This document shows positions 28,973-38,706 of a stretch of DNA of 64,000 nt, piece by piece; within the stretch, counting starts at the first letter, position 1; each line of letters starts with the position of its first letter. The stretch spans positions 4,352,001 through 4,416,000 of the forward strand of contig OZ245015.1 of NCBI GenBank assembly GCA_965223705.1. The letters run 5' to 3'. Under the pieces are notes generated by a model. The model searched no databases. It worked only from the letters and a program-made list of their open reading frames with translations, and was not told the DNA's origin. Both the position numbers and the translations under genes were made by a program. The stretch comes from Myxococcota bacterium (lineage in GTDB: Bacteria > Myxococcota_A > UBA9160 > UBA6930).

Positions 28973-31900
28973 AACGAGCGTTGCGTCTCATCGGCTGGTC
29001 GGCGCTGGGTTTGCTCTTGATCGCATCCGGCGTCCTCGGCGCCGTTGTAGGCGTCGCTCATGGCTGGCAGCGGGACCGACTGCGCGGCTTCGTCGAAGCG
29101 CGCCTGACGGATGCCCTCGGAGAACCGGTGCGGTTCGACGCGCTCGAGGGGGTGCTCTACCGAGAGATCGGCGTGACAGGACTCGAAATCGGTCCCGCCG
29201 ACGCACGTATCGCCGCCGTCTCACGCGCACGTCTTCGATGGAACGCGTCCGCTCTTCTTCAAGGCCGCGTCGAAGTGTCCGAACTGATCATCGAGGAACC
29301 CCGGGGACGACTGGGCGGCGGCGAGTCTTTCTTGGACGGAGGCGACGATGAACCGGAGGCGGGTGGGGAGCCTCCTTTCGCGTTGCACATCGAGACAGCG
29401 ACGATCCGTGGCGGGCAACTCGAGTGGGCCCCGGACGCCGACCGTCGCGTCCTGGTTCGCGGCGACTTGGCGATTCGCGATCTGTCGGTCGACGCCGATG
29501 GATTCGCCGCAACCGGAGTAGACGCCGAGGGCACTGTCGAAGATCGCGCTCGCCGCCGGGTCGCTTTTTCAGTTCGGGGCGCATGGCAGCACGACGCCTG
29601 GCGGCTCGACGAATTTCAGGCGCACGGCGCGGGCTTGGCGGCGTCGGGCCAGGGCCGAGGAGACACCCTCGTCGTGGAACAGCTTCACGTCGCGATGGAC
29701 GTGACTTCGCTCGGAGAGCTCCTCGAGCTGGCAGGCGTTTCCGCGGACGTTTCGATCGGTTCCCTCAAAACCTCTCTCAACCTCGGCGGACCTTGGTCCG
29801 CGTTGGGCGGCGCTGTCACCCTCCGCGCCGACGATATCGCCGCGGGTGGCAGGCGCTGGGAATCGTTACGCCTCGAGGCCAAGAGTTCGGGGCCCTCTCG
29901 CTTCATCTTCGACGAACTGAGCTTGCGCGGCGGTCCACTCGCGGGGACGGTCGCGCCCGGCGCGACGGCACGGTTCGACGAGACGCGCATCGCCCTCGAG
30001 GGATTCGATCTCTCGTTCGACGGCGGCGGCAAGTTGCTGCTGCGCGAGCTCGCGTTCCCGAGATCGGCCGCGACACCGGACGCTCTGATCGCGCACCCCG
30101 GCTTTGGCGGAGACCTACGCGCGGAGCGTTTGCGCCTAGAAGCTTTCGCGCAACTTCTCCCGCTGGACGGAATCGATCTCGCCGGCGTCCTGACCGCGGA
30201 TCTCCGGTTCCGAGGAAACGCGTCGGGCTTCCTCGCTGCCGGCGTCGCCGGACTCGAGGACGGAGCGTTCGCCGCGCCGACTGCCCGGGCGCAGAAGGTG
30301 TCTGCCGAGGTTCGTTTCGGCGAGGCGTTGGGCCCCCTCGCCGGGCGGCTCCGCGCGTCGCTCGGGGGCATCGAGAGCGACGGCGCACCACTCGGCGAGA
30401 TGGTGTTCGACGTCGCATTCGACGAGCGGGCCCGCTTCGAGGTATCGGACCTCCGCTGGAAGACAGACGCGATAAGCGTCGCCGCTGAACCCGGGAGCCG
30501 GTTCAATCTCACGGGAGATCATGTCGTACTCGACACCCTGACGCTGCACTCCGGAAGCCAGCGACTCGTCGCGCGGGGGCGTCTCAGCCAACAACGTTTC
30601 TCCGACCTCGTCATCGAGCTCCGCCGTCTGGATCTGCCCTGGCTGCGGGACCTGATGGCGGGTTTTGATCTTGCACTCGAGGATGAAACCCTCGCGGGAA
30701 CGCTCACGGGAAAGGTCCACCTGAACGGACCCCTCACCGACCCCTCGGTCCGCGGCGAACTTCAGGGCGATCGGGTCGTGCTCTCGGGAGTCGCTTTCGA
30801 CAGGGTCGATGCCACGGCGGTGTCCGTGGCAGAGACGGTTGAACTCGAAACCGCTTGGATGGTTGACGGGCGTCGGGCCCTGGAACTCGCCGTCCACACG
30901 TCTCGCGCCGATCTTCGTCGCGACCCTTCGAGCCTCTTGGCCTTCCCCGCGACGCGCGTTGACGTCGTCTCGAGCGAGTTCGATCTCGCTTCCGTGCAAG
31001 CCTTCGCCCCGGCTTCTGTCGAGGCGATCGGAGGTCGCCTCACGGTCGACGTCTCGTTGCGCGGAGGAGATCCCCCCACGGTCATCCGCGGCACTTTTGC
31101 GTTGGAGGACGGCTCGCTCAAGCTAGCCGGGGTCGAACAAGCGGCGGCGCCGATCGCGTTGTCGGGCACCGCCAACGTGCGTGGCATCGTTGTCGAGAAG
31201 CTCGCGATCGGACCGGAAGGTGCCCGCTTACAGGGACACCTCGGGTTGGGTTGGCCCGGCACCGAGTCCGACGCACTCTCGGGAGAGCTCCGCTTGGCGG
31301 GCTACACCTTGCGCTGGCCCGGCATCGCGAAGGGAAAGCTCGAAGGTGTCCTGTCGCTTTCGGGCCGGGTGCGGGCGCCCGTTGCAGCGGGGAACCTCGT
31401 GCTCTCGGAGGTCGCCATCCGTCTCCCGGAGACCGGCGCCGCGGAATTGAAGGAGATCCGTGTGCGGAGTGGCAGCCCGGACGACACCGCGCTGTCCTAT
31501 CGCGAGGAGGAGGAAGCGTCACCACTTGACCCGGTGGCCCTCGATCTCGACGTTGAACTCAAAGCCAACTCGTGGGTGCGCGGCCGGGGGGTCGAGGCCG
31601 AGATCAAGGGCAATGTCGATGTCAAGAAGCGACCGGGCGGGGAGTTCACCTACGCAGGCGTCCTACAGACCGTGCGGGGCACCTATGAGATCTACGGTCG
31701 CCGTTTCCAGATCCAGAAAGCGCAAGCGCGGCTCGACGGCGGGAGTGAATTGGACCCGATCTTGAACGTCCGAGCGCTGCACCGAGTTCGCGCGATGCGA
31801 ATCTTCGCTCTCCTCGAAGGTCGACTATCGGATCCCCGACTTCGCTTTGAAAGCGAGCCCAACCTGACCGAAACGGACATCGCTTCGTACTTGATCTTCG

Positions 31901-32256
31901 GCCGACCGTCGTCCGAAGCCGGCGCGCGAGATCAGGCTGTCCTGCAGAACGCCGCAGCGCAAATTGGTGCCGGGCTCGCGGGAAACGAACTCGAGCGGGT
32001 TCTGGGTCGACGGCTTCCGATTGACCTCATCGATTTGCGTTTTGAAGACGGCGAGGATCAAGACAAGGAGCTCGCGGTAGGAGTCGGAAAGTACGTCGGT
32101 GAGCGCACGTTCCTTCGCTATGACCGGCGCTTCGGTCGCGAGCCGGTCGATGAGATTCGCGCTGAGTATCGACTCACGCCGCGCTGGAGTGTCGAGAGCT
32201 CCGCAGCGAGCGATGGCGAAGCCAGTGCAGATATTCTCTTTCACCTCGATTACTGA
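28969..32256 (+). CDS. TamB (DUF490) translocation/assembly module protein
   Basis: N-terminal TM, long beta region, GTYEIYGRRF, DPILNV, SEP.L...DIASYLIFG, VGKY; 4-bp overlap with tamA-like gene. Confidence 0.88.
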   Translation: MKRALRLIGWSALGLLLIASGVLGAVVGVAHGWQRDRLRGFVEARLTDALGEPVRFDALEGVLYREIGVTGLEIGPADARIAAVSRARLRWNASALLQGRVEVSELIIEEPRGRLGGGESFLDGGDDEPEAGGEPPFALHIETATIRGGQLEWAPDADRRVLVRGDLAIRDLSVDADGFAATGVDAEGTVEDRARRRVAFSVRGAWQHDAWRLDEFQAHGAGLAASGQGRGDTLVVEQLHVAMDVTSLGELLELAGVSADVSIGSLKTSLNLGGPWSALGGAVTLRADDIAAGGRRWESLRLEAKSSGPSRFIFDELSLRGGPLAGTVAPGATARFDETRIALEGFDLSFDGGGKLLLRELAFPRSAATPDALIAHPGFGGDLRAERLRLEAFAQLLPLDGIDLAGVLTADLRFRGNASGFLAAGVAGLEDGAFAAPTARAQKVSAEVRFGEALGPLAGRLRASLGGIESDGAPLGEMVFDVAFDERARFEVSDLRWKTDAISVAAEPGSRFNLTGDHVVLDTLTLHSGSQRLVARGRLSQQRFSDLVIELRRLDLPWLRDLMAGFDLALEDETLAGTLTGKVHLNGPLTDPSVRGELQGDRVVLSGVAFDRVDATAVSVAETVELETAWMVDGRRALELAVHTSRADLRRDPSSLLAFPATRVDVVSSEFDLASVQAFAPASVEAIGGRLTVDVSLRGGDPPTVIRGTFALEDGSLKLAGVEQAAAPIALSGTANVRGIVVEKLAIGPEGARLQGHLGLGWPGTESDALSGELRLAGYTLRWPGIAKGKLEGVLSLSGRVRAPVAAGNLVLSEVAIRLPETGAAELKEIRVRSGSPDDTALSYREEEEASPLDPVALDLDVELKANSWVRGRGVEAEIKGNVDVKKRPGGEFTYAGVLQTVRGTYEIYGRRFQIQKAQARLDGGSELDPILNVRALHRVRAMRIFALLEGRLSDPRLRFESEPNLTETDIASYLIFGRPSSEAGARDQAVLQNAAAQIGAGLAGNELERVLGRRLPIDLIDLRFEDGEDQDKELAVGVGKYVGERTFLRYDRRFGREPVDEIRAEYRLTPRWSVESSAASDGEASADILFHLDY

Positions 32257-32271
32257 AGGAAGCCACGATCC

Positions 32272-33561
32272 ATGCGAGCGCGCGATCGTTTCCGGCTGTT
32301 GACCAGCGGCGTTGTGATGCTACTCGCTGCGGTGACTCGCGGTGAAGTCGATTATCCGATCGACGACGCCTACCTCGCCACGGTCATCGGAACGCCGCGC
32401 GACGCTCAAGCTTCCGTGCCCACGAAGGTCCCGCTCGAGGTTCACTCGATCGTGCGTTTCCCCGCTCGGACAGTGCCCCGGGTGTTCTGGGCGAAAGGTC
32501 TTCGTGTCGGTGCATCAAAGCAAGAAGGCCCGGCGCCGCTGGCGTTTGTCGTGGCCGGGACCGGGGGAAACTGGCGCGACAGGAAGGTGAGTTTTCTTCG
32601 GCAGGCGCTCTACGGAGCGGGATTTCACGTCGTGGCCTTGCCATCGCCGATGCACGATTCCTTCGTCACCGCGGCCTCCGAGAGCAGTACCCCCGGCTGG
32701 CCCCCCGCGGATGCCGAGGATTTGGTCGCGACGATGGAACTCGCCCGAGGCGAGATCGAAAAGGATGTTCCCGTTCTCGGAACTGTACTGGTCGGCTACA
32801 GCCTCGGCGCAACGCAGACGGCTTTTGTGGCTGCTCTCGACGCCCGCGAGAAACGATTGGGCCTCGAGCGGGCGTATCTCATCAACCCCTCGGTACGACT
32901 CTTTTCCTCTGCCGTCGTGATCGACGGTCTCTTCGACCGCGCCTTCCCCGACGGCGAGGAGAGCGTGAGCGCGCTTGTCGCGCAGGGTCTGCGCGAAGTG
33001 GCGGCCTATATCCACGGCCCGGCACGGCGCGGTCACCTGGGCTCCGAGTTCGTCCTGGCAGGTGTCGCCGAGGCGGCTGCGCCCGGTGAAATCCGTGGGG
33101 CCATTGCGGCCGCTTTTCGTCTCATGGCGGCCAACCTGAGTTTTTCGGTTGACCTCGTTACCGCGAAAGGTCGGATCGTTCCTCCGGACAACCGTTTGAC
33201 CGTGGGAACGCCGCTCGCACCGTATTTCTCCGAATCGCTTACTTGGTCGTTCACGCGCTATCTCGACGAGGTTCTCGTTCCCTATTGGCGGGCGAAGGAC
33301 GGCCTTTCGCGGGACGACCTCATTCACGGGGCCGGGCTGTTGCCGCTTCGGAGTTGGCTCGAGCAGGCGGACCACGTGGCGGTCACAACGAACGAGGACG
33401 ACTGGATTCTCGAAACCGAAGACCTCGCCTTCTTGAGGGAAACGTTCAAAGATCGGATCACCGTCCGAGCCAACGGCGGTCACTGTGGGAACCTGACGTA
33501 CGCTCCCCTCATTGCGGAGATGCTTCGTTTCGTTTCAGAACCGTGGGCAGAGCGCCGGTGA
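32272..33561 (+). CDS. Secreted alpha/beta hydrolase (MlaA-associated type)
   Basis: YLATVIGTP, AGTG, GYSLG nucleophile elbow, NEDD, GGHCGN. Confidence 0.75.
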   Translation: MRARDRFRLLTSGVVMLLAAVTRGEVDYPIDDAYLATVIGTPRDAQASVPTKVPLEVHSIVRFPARTVPRVFWAKGLRVGASKQEGPAPLAFVVAGTGGNWRDRKVSFLRQALYGAGFHVVALPSPMHDSFVTAASESSTPGWPPADAEDLVATMELARGEIEKDVPVLGTVLVGYSLGATQTAFVAALDAREKRLGLERAYLINPSVRLFSSAVVIDGLFDRAFPDGEESVSALVAQGLREVAAYIHGPARRGHLGSEFVLAGVAEAAAPGEIRGAIAAAFRLMAANLSFSVDLVTAKGRIVPPDNRLTVGTPLAPYFSESLTWSFTRYLDEVLVPYWRAKDGLSRDDLIHGAGLLPLRSWLEQADHVAVTTNEDDWILETEDLAFLRETFKDRITVRANGGHCGNLTYAPLIAEMLRFVSEPWAERR

Positions 33562-34253
33562 GTCGTCGAAGGCGCGCACTTTGGCTGGTCGCTTTCTTCT
33601 GGGCGACGCTCGGAGCGGCGGCCGAGGCAAGCCCGTCGGCGAGGCGGCCTCTCGCGAAGTGGGATCCCATCGAGCCGGCGAACCGCCGGATCTACCACTT
33701 CAACGTGTGGCTCGATCGTCGGATCCTGCTACCCGCGCTCGATATCTACCAGCGAGTTCCGCAGCCGCCGCGTACCGGCGTGAAGAATTTCTTCGCCAAC
33801 TTGGAAGAGCTACCGACCTTGGTCAACAGCCTGTTGCAAGGTTCTCCTGAGAAAGTTGCGACGACGGCAGCCCGGTTTGCGGTGAACTCCACCGTCGGGG
33901 TTGGCGGACTCTTTGATGTCGCGACGCGCCTCGGCCTGCGCCGCTACTCCGAGGACTTGGGTCAAACACTGGGTCGCTACGGATTCGGCGCGGGACCGTA
34001 CTTGGTACTGCCCCTTTTTGGCCCATCTAGTTTGCGAGACAGTTTCGGTCTGGTGGGAGACAGAAGCCTCCGCTGGTTGGTCGGCGTGGTCACGGTCGAT
34101 GACCTGAATACGGCTTTCTCGGTTTCATCCCCTCTCGAGGCGGTTTCACGTCGAGACAGCACCGACTTCCGCTATGCGGAACTCGGCCCATTCGAATACG
34201 AGCTCGTTCGCTACACATTTCTTGAATATCGCGCGGCGCTCGTCGGGGAGTAG
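33558..34253 (+). CDS. MlaA/VacJ family protein
   Basis: DPIEPANRRIYHFN..LDR, NFFANL, NSTVGVGGLFDVA, EDLGQTLG, GPYLVLPLFGPSSLRD; GTGA overlap. Confidence 0.92.
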   Translation: MSRRRRALWLVAFFWATLGAAAEASPSARRPLAKWDPIEPANRRIYHFNVWLDRRILLPALDIYQRVPQPPRTGVKNFFANLEELPTLVNSLLQGSPEKVATTAARFAVNSTVGVGGLFDVATRLGLRRYSEDLGQTLGRYGFGAGPYLVLPLFGPSSLRDSFGLVGDRSLRWLVGVVTVDDLNTAFSVSSPLEAVSRRDSTDFRYAELGPFEYELVRYTFLEYRAALVGE

Positions 34254-34337
34254 CCGCCGGCGAGTCAAATTGTCTCAACGTGAGGCGCGGCGGCGCAAGT
34301 CCGATCCGTGAAACGACCTCGAGCGGTCGCCGTGTTT

Positions 34338-34353
34338 TGGCACTTGTCTTGCG
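34338..34353 (+). promoter_or_regulatory. Sigma54 (-24/-12) promoter upstream of the DAACS symporter
   Basis: TGGCAC-TTGTC-TTGCG matches the consensus TGGCAC-N5-TTGC. Confidence 0.7.
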
Positions 34354-34366
34354 TTTTCTGCGGCGC

Positions 34367-35749
34367 ATGGCGAGACCGCATCCCCTCGAACTGATTCGTC
34401 TCACGTCGCTCCGTCGACTGAGCGGGTCACTCGAGCATTTGGTCGAAACCCACCTCTGGGCTCGGGTCCTTGTCGGCCTCGTCTGTGGGATCGTCGTGGG
34501 CGTCCTGTTGGGACCGACGACGGGCTTCGTTCCATCCTCGGTGGCTGTTCCCCTCGCGAGCTGGATCGCGCTTCCCGGCGCGCTCTTTCTCGCCTTGGTC
34601 CAGATGATCGTCGTGCCGCTCGTGTTTTCGTCCGTCGTCCGTGGGTTGGCAGCCGGCGAGAACGTCGAACAGCTTCGGGAACTCGGCGTCACCGGAGGTG
34701 CCTTCTTCGTCGTCACGACAGTCGTCGCTACGGCGCTAGGACTGGGGTTGGCGCTGCTGATTCGCCCGGGTGACTTTCTCGACGCCGCGCAGGTGCGTGC
34801 CGCCATGACGGCGGAGGTCGCGCTCCCGTCGGAAGTGCCGACACCGCCTGGAATCAACCAGCTCCCGGACGTCGTCGTCGATCTCCTTCCCACGAACCCA
34901 CTCGCCTCGATGGTCGGCGGCGAAATGCTGCAGGTGATTCTCTTCGCCGTCGTCGTCGGCGTCGCTCTCGTCAACCTCGTCCCGGAAAAGTCGGCTCCGC
35001 TTTTCGACCTCCTCGGCTCTCTTCAAGAGGTTTGCATGAAGGTCGTCGCCTGGGCGATGCGGCTGGCTCCCCTTGCGGTGTTCGGACTCGTCGCACGGTT
35101 GACCTCCACCGTGGGCATCGAGGTGTTGGGCGGAATGGCCGTGTATGTCTTGACCGTCTTGCTGGGCCTCGCGCTGATGATGGGGCTGTTCGTCGCCGTG
35201 TCGGCGTTGATCGGAGGGATGGGACCGAAGGCATTCCTCTCGGCGACGCGCGAGGTCGTTCTGCTCGCGTTCTCGACCTCGAGTTCTGCCGCGGTCATGC
35301 CGCTTTCGATCCAAACCGCGGAAGAAAAGCTCGGTGTCCGCGCTTCGATCGGCCGTTTTCTCATCCCGCTTGGCGCGACCGTCAATATGAATGGCACGGC
35401 CCTCTATCAGGGAGTCGCGACCGTCTTCCTGGCGCAAGTCTTCGATGTATCGCTCGGTATCTTTGGACTGCTGCTCGTGGTCGTCACCGCCGTCTCTGCT
35501 TCGATCGGATCACCTGCCACACCGGGGGCTGGAATCGTGATCCTTGCGATGGTCCTCGAGGGCGCGGGAATCCCCACCGCAGGCCTGGCACTGGTCCTGG
35601 GCGTCGACCGAATCCTCGACATGAGTCGAACGGCCGTGAATGTGACGGGGGACCTCGCAGCTTGTCTCGTCGTACAGAGGTGGACCCAAGACGAGAAGCC
35701 AAAAGCGGAAGGCCACTCAAACCAGCGGGTTGAGATCCTCGGCCCCTAG
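34367..35749 (+). CDS. Dicarboxylate/amino acid:cation symporter (DAACS, GltP/GltPh family)
   Basis: AFSTSSSAAVMP, PLGATVNMNGT, GVDRILDMSRTAVNVTGD. Confidence 0.95.
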   Translation: MARPHPLELIRLTSLRRLSGSLEHLVETHLWARVLVGLVCGIVVGVLLGPTTGFVPSSVAVPLASWIALPGALFLALVQMIVVPLVFSSVVRGLAAGENVEQLRELGVTGGAFFVVTTVVATALGLGLALLIRPGDFLDAAQVRAAMTAEVALPSEVPTPPGINQLPDVVVDLLPTNPLASMVGGEMLQVILFAVVVGVALVNLVPEKSAPLFDLLGSLQEVCMKVVAWAMRLAPLAVFGLVARLTSTVGIEVLGGMAVYVLTVLLGLALMMGLFVAVSALIGGMGPKAFLSATREVVLLAFSTSSSAAVMPLSIQTAEEKLGVRASIGRFLIPLGATVNMNGTALYQGVATVFLAQVFDVSLGIFGLLLVVVTAVSASIGSPATPGAGIVILAMVLEGAGIPTAGLALVLGVDRILDMSRTAVNVTGDLAACLVVQRWTQDEKPKAEGHSNQRVEILGP

Positions 35750-35891
35750 GAGCGCCCGCCGGCTGGCTTCGACGACCGGTTGTATGCGCGCAACGGCCGC
35801 GGGCAACTCCTCGCGCTGCCGAATGCGATCTTCCCTGGCCACCGCCAAATTCATATCTCCTCATCGGGTCCGCGCGATCGAAGGAGCTCCC

Positions 35892-35968
35892 TGGCGCCCC
35901 GGGCAGGACTCGAACCTGCGACCCGCTGCTTAGAAGGCAGCCGCTCTATCCAGCTGAGCTACCGGGGC
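35892..35968 (-). tRNA. tRNA-Arg(UCU)
   Basis: Minus strand GCCCCGG-TA-GCTCAGCTGGATAGAGC-G-GCTGC-CTTCTAA-GCAGC...GGTTCGAGTCC...CCGGGGC-G-CCA. Confidence 0.97.
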
Positions 35969-35991
35969 ATACCGAGAGGCTAGCCGAATCG

Positions 35992-36105
35992 GGGTTTGAC
36001 ACGTCCCGGCGAAGGGCAGAGCCTGGGTTTGACACGTCCCGGTGAAGGGCAGAGCCTGGGTTTGACACGTCCCGGTGAAGGGCAGAGCCTGGGTTTGACA
36101 CGTCC
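35992..36105 (+). repeat. Tandem repeat: three 33-bp units plus a 15-bp partial unit (GGGTTTGACACGTCCCGGYGAAGGGCAGAGCCT)
   Basis: Units at 35992-36024, 36025-36057, 36058-36090 and partial 36091-36105; one C/T difference between units. Confidence 0.97.
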
Positions 36106-36122
36106 GCGTCCTCGGGTAGTGT
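36095..36122 (+). promoter_or_regulatory. Sigma70-like promoter for tRNA-His
   Basis: TTGACA (36095-36100), 16-nt spacer, TAGTGT (36117-36122), about 16 nt before the tRNA. Confidence 0.6.
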
Positions 36123-36137
36123 CGATTGCCTCTGTGC

Positions 36138-36215
36138 GGTGGGTGTAGCTCAGTTGGTTAGAGCGCCAGATTGTGGTTCTGGAAGTCGGGGGTTCGAATC
36201 CCCTCATCCACCCCA
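36138..36215 (+). tRNA. tRNA-His(GUG) with encoded G-1
   Basis: G-GTGGGTG...CCAGA-TTGTGGT-TCTGG...GGTTCGAATCC...CATCCAC-C-CCA; C73 discriminator. Confidence 0.97.
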
Positions 36216-36232
36216 CGGAGAGGCCGCACCGC

Positions 36233-38278
36233 TCACTCGACGCGACGTACCGCGGCCGCCTTCGCCACCATCTCGAGCAGCTCACTCGGCCGGAAGGGCT
36301 TGGGTAGGTAGCTGCAAGCGGGGATCGGCGTGGCGTCAGCTCCGCCGAGACGGTCCGGGTAGCCGGAGACCAGGACGACGGGCACGTCGGGTTGTTCCGC
36401 ACGCAGGCGCCGCGTGAGTTCCACTCCGTTCATGCGCGGCATCACGATGTCGCTCACCAGCAGATCGATCGGTCCGACTTCGGCGAGACGCTCGAGCGCC
36501 TCGACGCCGTCGCTCGCCTCGACGACGCGATAGCCCGCCGTGCGCAGCGCTTCGCCCGCGAGTTCGCGCACTCGGGTCTCGTCCTCGACCAGGAGAATCG
36601 TGAGTGTCGACACCGGCGAAGCGCGCGTCGGTACGCTTTCCGCCGGGGTCGACTGGGGTACCCGGTAGGGGAAATCGATCTCGAACGCGGTGCCGGCGCC
36701 CGGTGCGCTCTCCACCGTAATTTCCCCGCTCATCTGCCGCACAATGCCGAACACCGCGAACAAGCCGAGCCCACTTCCAGCGCCGGGGTCCTTGGTCGTG
36801 AAGAACGGGTCGAAGGTTCGGCGCCTCACTTCTTCGTCCATCCCGACTCCGTCATCGCGGATTGTCAGAGTGACGCGCGGAGAGCTGGGGACGGCGGTCG
36901 CTCCGCGTCGGATACGCACGTCGATCTCGACCCGCCCGCCGTTCGGCATCGCGTCCCGGGCATTGAAGATCAGATTGAGGATGAGTTGCTCGATCTGGCC
37001 GTGGTCTCCGAGGATCCAGGCCGCTTCGTCGGGAACCGAGATCGCGACCTCGTTCTCACCGCCCATCAAACGCCGGAGCACATTCGACATGTCGAGCACT
37101 TCGCGGCCGAGGTCGATGGCCTGGGGATGCCCGACATGCTGTGCGCGAAACGCCAACATTTGCCGGATCAGCGTGCTCGCTCGCTCGGTGGCGGTCTGAA
37201 TCTCCGCGGCTGCCCTTCGGGTCGACCCGACCTCGACGTCTCGGGTCCGCAACAGCTCGGCGTAGCCCGAAATCACGGTGAGGACGTTGTTGAAGTCATG
37301 AGCGACTCCGGCCGCCAGCGTGCCAACCGCTTCCATCTTTTGGGAGTGCAGCAGTCGGTCGTGAAGGCGGCGAACTTCCGTGATGTCTTCGAGAGAGCCT
37401 GCGATCCGAATGACTTCGCCGCGCTCGTCGCAAACCGGGAAGCTCCGAACGCGCACCACCTTCTCGCTGTCTGACGACGAGCAGATACGACACTCGAAAT
37501 CTCGCGACGCCTCTGCGAGCGGGTCTGCAATGCTTCGCTCGACCGACGCGCGATCGTCGGGATGGACTTTTTCAATGAAGCGTTCCGCCCGGTAGTCCGC
37601 TTCCGACGCGGTAATTCCCACAATCTGTTCGAGGGTGCGGTTCGCGTAGAGAAGCTTCTCGCCCGTGCCATCGGCGAGAAAAATTCCCGTGCTGAGATGG
37701 TCTGCGAGCTCGCGAAGCCGAGCATCATTCTCCTCGCGAAGCCGGCTCGCTTGGTTGCGTTCCGCGATGTCCTCGAAGACCGCCTGCCCGCCGACCAGTC
37801 GACCCCTCTTTCCGAGAGTCGGGGCGAGGTGCACCCGCATCTCTACGGGACGCCCCCAATACGTGGTCCACGCCGCCTCGAAACTCACGGGCCTGAGTTC
37901 TCTGCGCACGTAAAGAAGCGCTTCCCTCGCCGCCGGCTGCGAGAAAAGTTTCGAATCCTGGATGCCGACGCGAAGCGCGGCGCTGGCGCCCGGTGCGCCC
38001 ATCATCTCGAGCAGTGCGGGGTTCGCGTAGCAGGGGCGCAGCTCCTCATCGCAAAGTGCTACGCCGAGGGGCATCGCGTCGAGAACCTGGGGATCGACGA
38101 GTCCTCGGGTCGGACGGCTGTTGCTTCTGGAGGCGGCCACGACCGAAATCGCCGCCGCCGCGACAGCGGAGAAACTGAGCCAGAAAGCGCCCGCGACCGC
38201 CGCGACAACGGCGGTCACGGCCAGCCCCGCAGCGGCTGCGCCGAACGGCCATCGACCGTACTGGTGGTGTTTCTCCAC
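36233..38278 (-). CDS. Membrane-anchored PAS hybrid histidine kinase/receiver
   Basis: Two TMs, two PAS domains (VHPDD), SQKMEAVGTLAAGVAHDFNN, NARDAM, PFFTTK..G.GLGL, REC (VEDE, SDIVMP, KPF); GTG start inferred. Confidence 0.92.
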   Translation of the reverse strand: MEKHHQYGRWPFGAAAAGLAVTAVVAAVAGAFWLSFSAVAAAAISVVAASRSNSRPTRGLVDPQVLDAMPLGVALCDEELRPCYANPALLEMMGAPGASAALRVGIQDSKLFSQPAAREALLYVRRELRPVSFEAAWTTYWGRPVEMRVHLAPTLGKRGRLVGGQAVFEDIAERNQASRLREENDARLRELADHLSTGIFLADGTGEKLLYANRTLEQIVGITASEADYRAERFIEKVHPDDRASVERSIADPLAEASRDFECRICSSSDSEKVVRVRSFPVCDERGEVIRIAGSLEDITEVRRLHDRLLHSQKMEAVGTLAAGVAHDFNNVLTVISGYAELLRTRDVEVGSTRRAAAEIQTATERASTLIRQMLAFRAQHVGHPQAIDLGREVLDMSNVLRRLMGGENEVAISVPDEAAWILGDHGQIEQLILNLIFNARDAMPNGGRVEIDVRIRRGATAVPSSPRVTLTIRDDGVGMDEEVRRRTFDPFFTTKDPGAGSGLGLFAVFGIVRQMSGEITVESAPGAGTAFEIDFPYRVPQSTPAESVPTRASPVSTLTILLVEDETRVRELAGEALRTAGYRVVEASDGVEALERLAEVGPIDLLVSDIVMPRMNGVELTRRLRAEQPDVPVVLVSGYPDRLGGADATPIPACSYLPKPFRPSELLEMVAKAAAVRRVE

Positions 38279-38413
38279 GGCCCCCCCGCGTCGACGGGAG
38301 CATAGTGGTCGGTGATTCCGCCGGGTAGCGCCCCCCGGGGAAAAGAAATACTTCAGGAACCGAAATCCGGCGTCCGGCGCTACACTTCGCCGTCGAGTTG
38401 CAGGAGCCCCCAA

Positions 38414-38656
38414 GTGAATCGAATCCGCGCCGCACGGGAAGCCCGAGGCTGGAGCCAAGACCATTTGGCGCACCAAGCCGGTGTCGCGTCACGGACCATC
38501 CACTCGATCGAAAAGGGAAAGAACTGCCGCCAGGCGACCAAGCGGAAGATTCTCGCGGCGCTGGGCGTCGCCTGGGAGTTGCGAGACGAATACTTCCCCC
38601 GCCCGGTTCGCGTCGCCCCCCCGAGCGCTTCCGAGCGCACGGCGCGCTCGGCCTAA
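38414..38656 (+). CDS. Small XRE-family HTH transcriptional regulator
   Basis: NRIRAAREARGWSQDHLAHQAGVASRTIHSIEKG; AGGAG before GTG. Confidence 0.88.
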   Translation: MNRIRAAREARGWSQDHLAHQAGVASRTIHSIEKGKNCRQATKRKILAALGVAWELRDEYFPRPVRVAPPSASERTARSA

Positions 38657-38706
38657 GCGCTCCGCTGGCGACGACGGTCCGCCTCGGGTATCACCGCCCT
38701 ACTCGC

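Noticed and set aside
35992..36105. Possible CRISPR array
   Set aside because: Units are contiguous and near-identical with no unique spacers, and no cas genes are present; this is a tandem repeat
35980..36402. ORF with repeated GRVKPRLCPSP peptide
   Set aside because: Runs antisense across tRNA-His; it is a by-product of the 33-bp repeat
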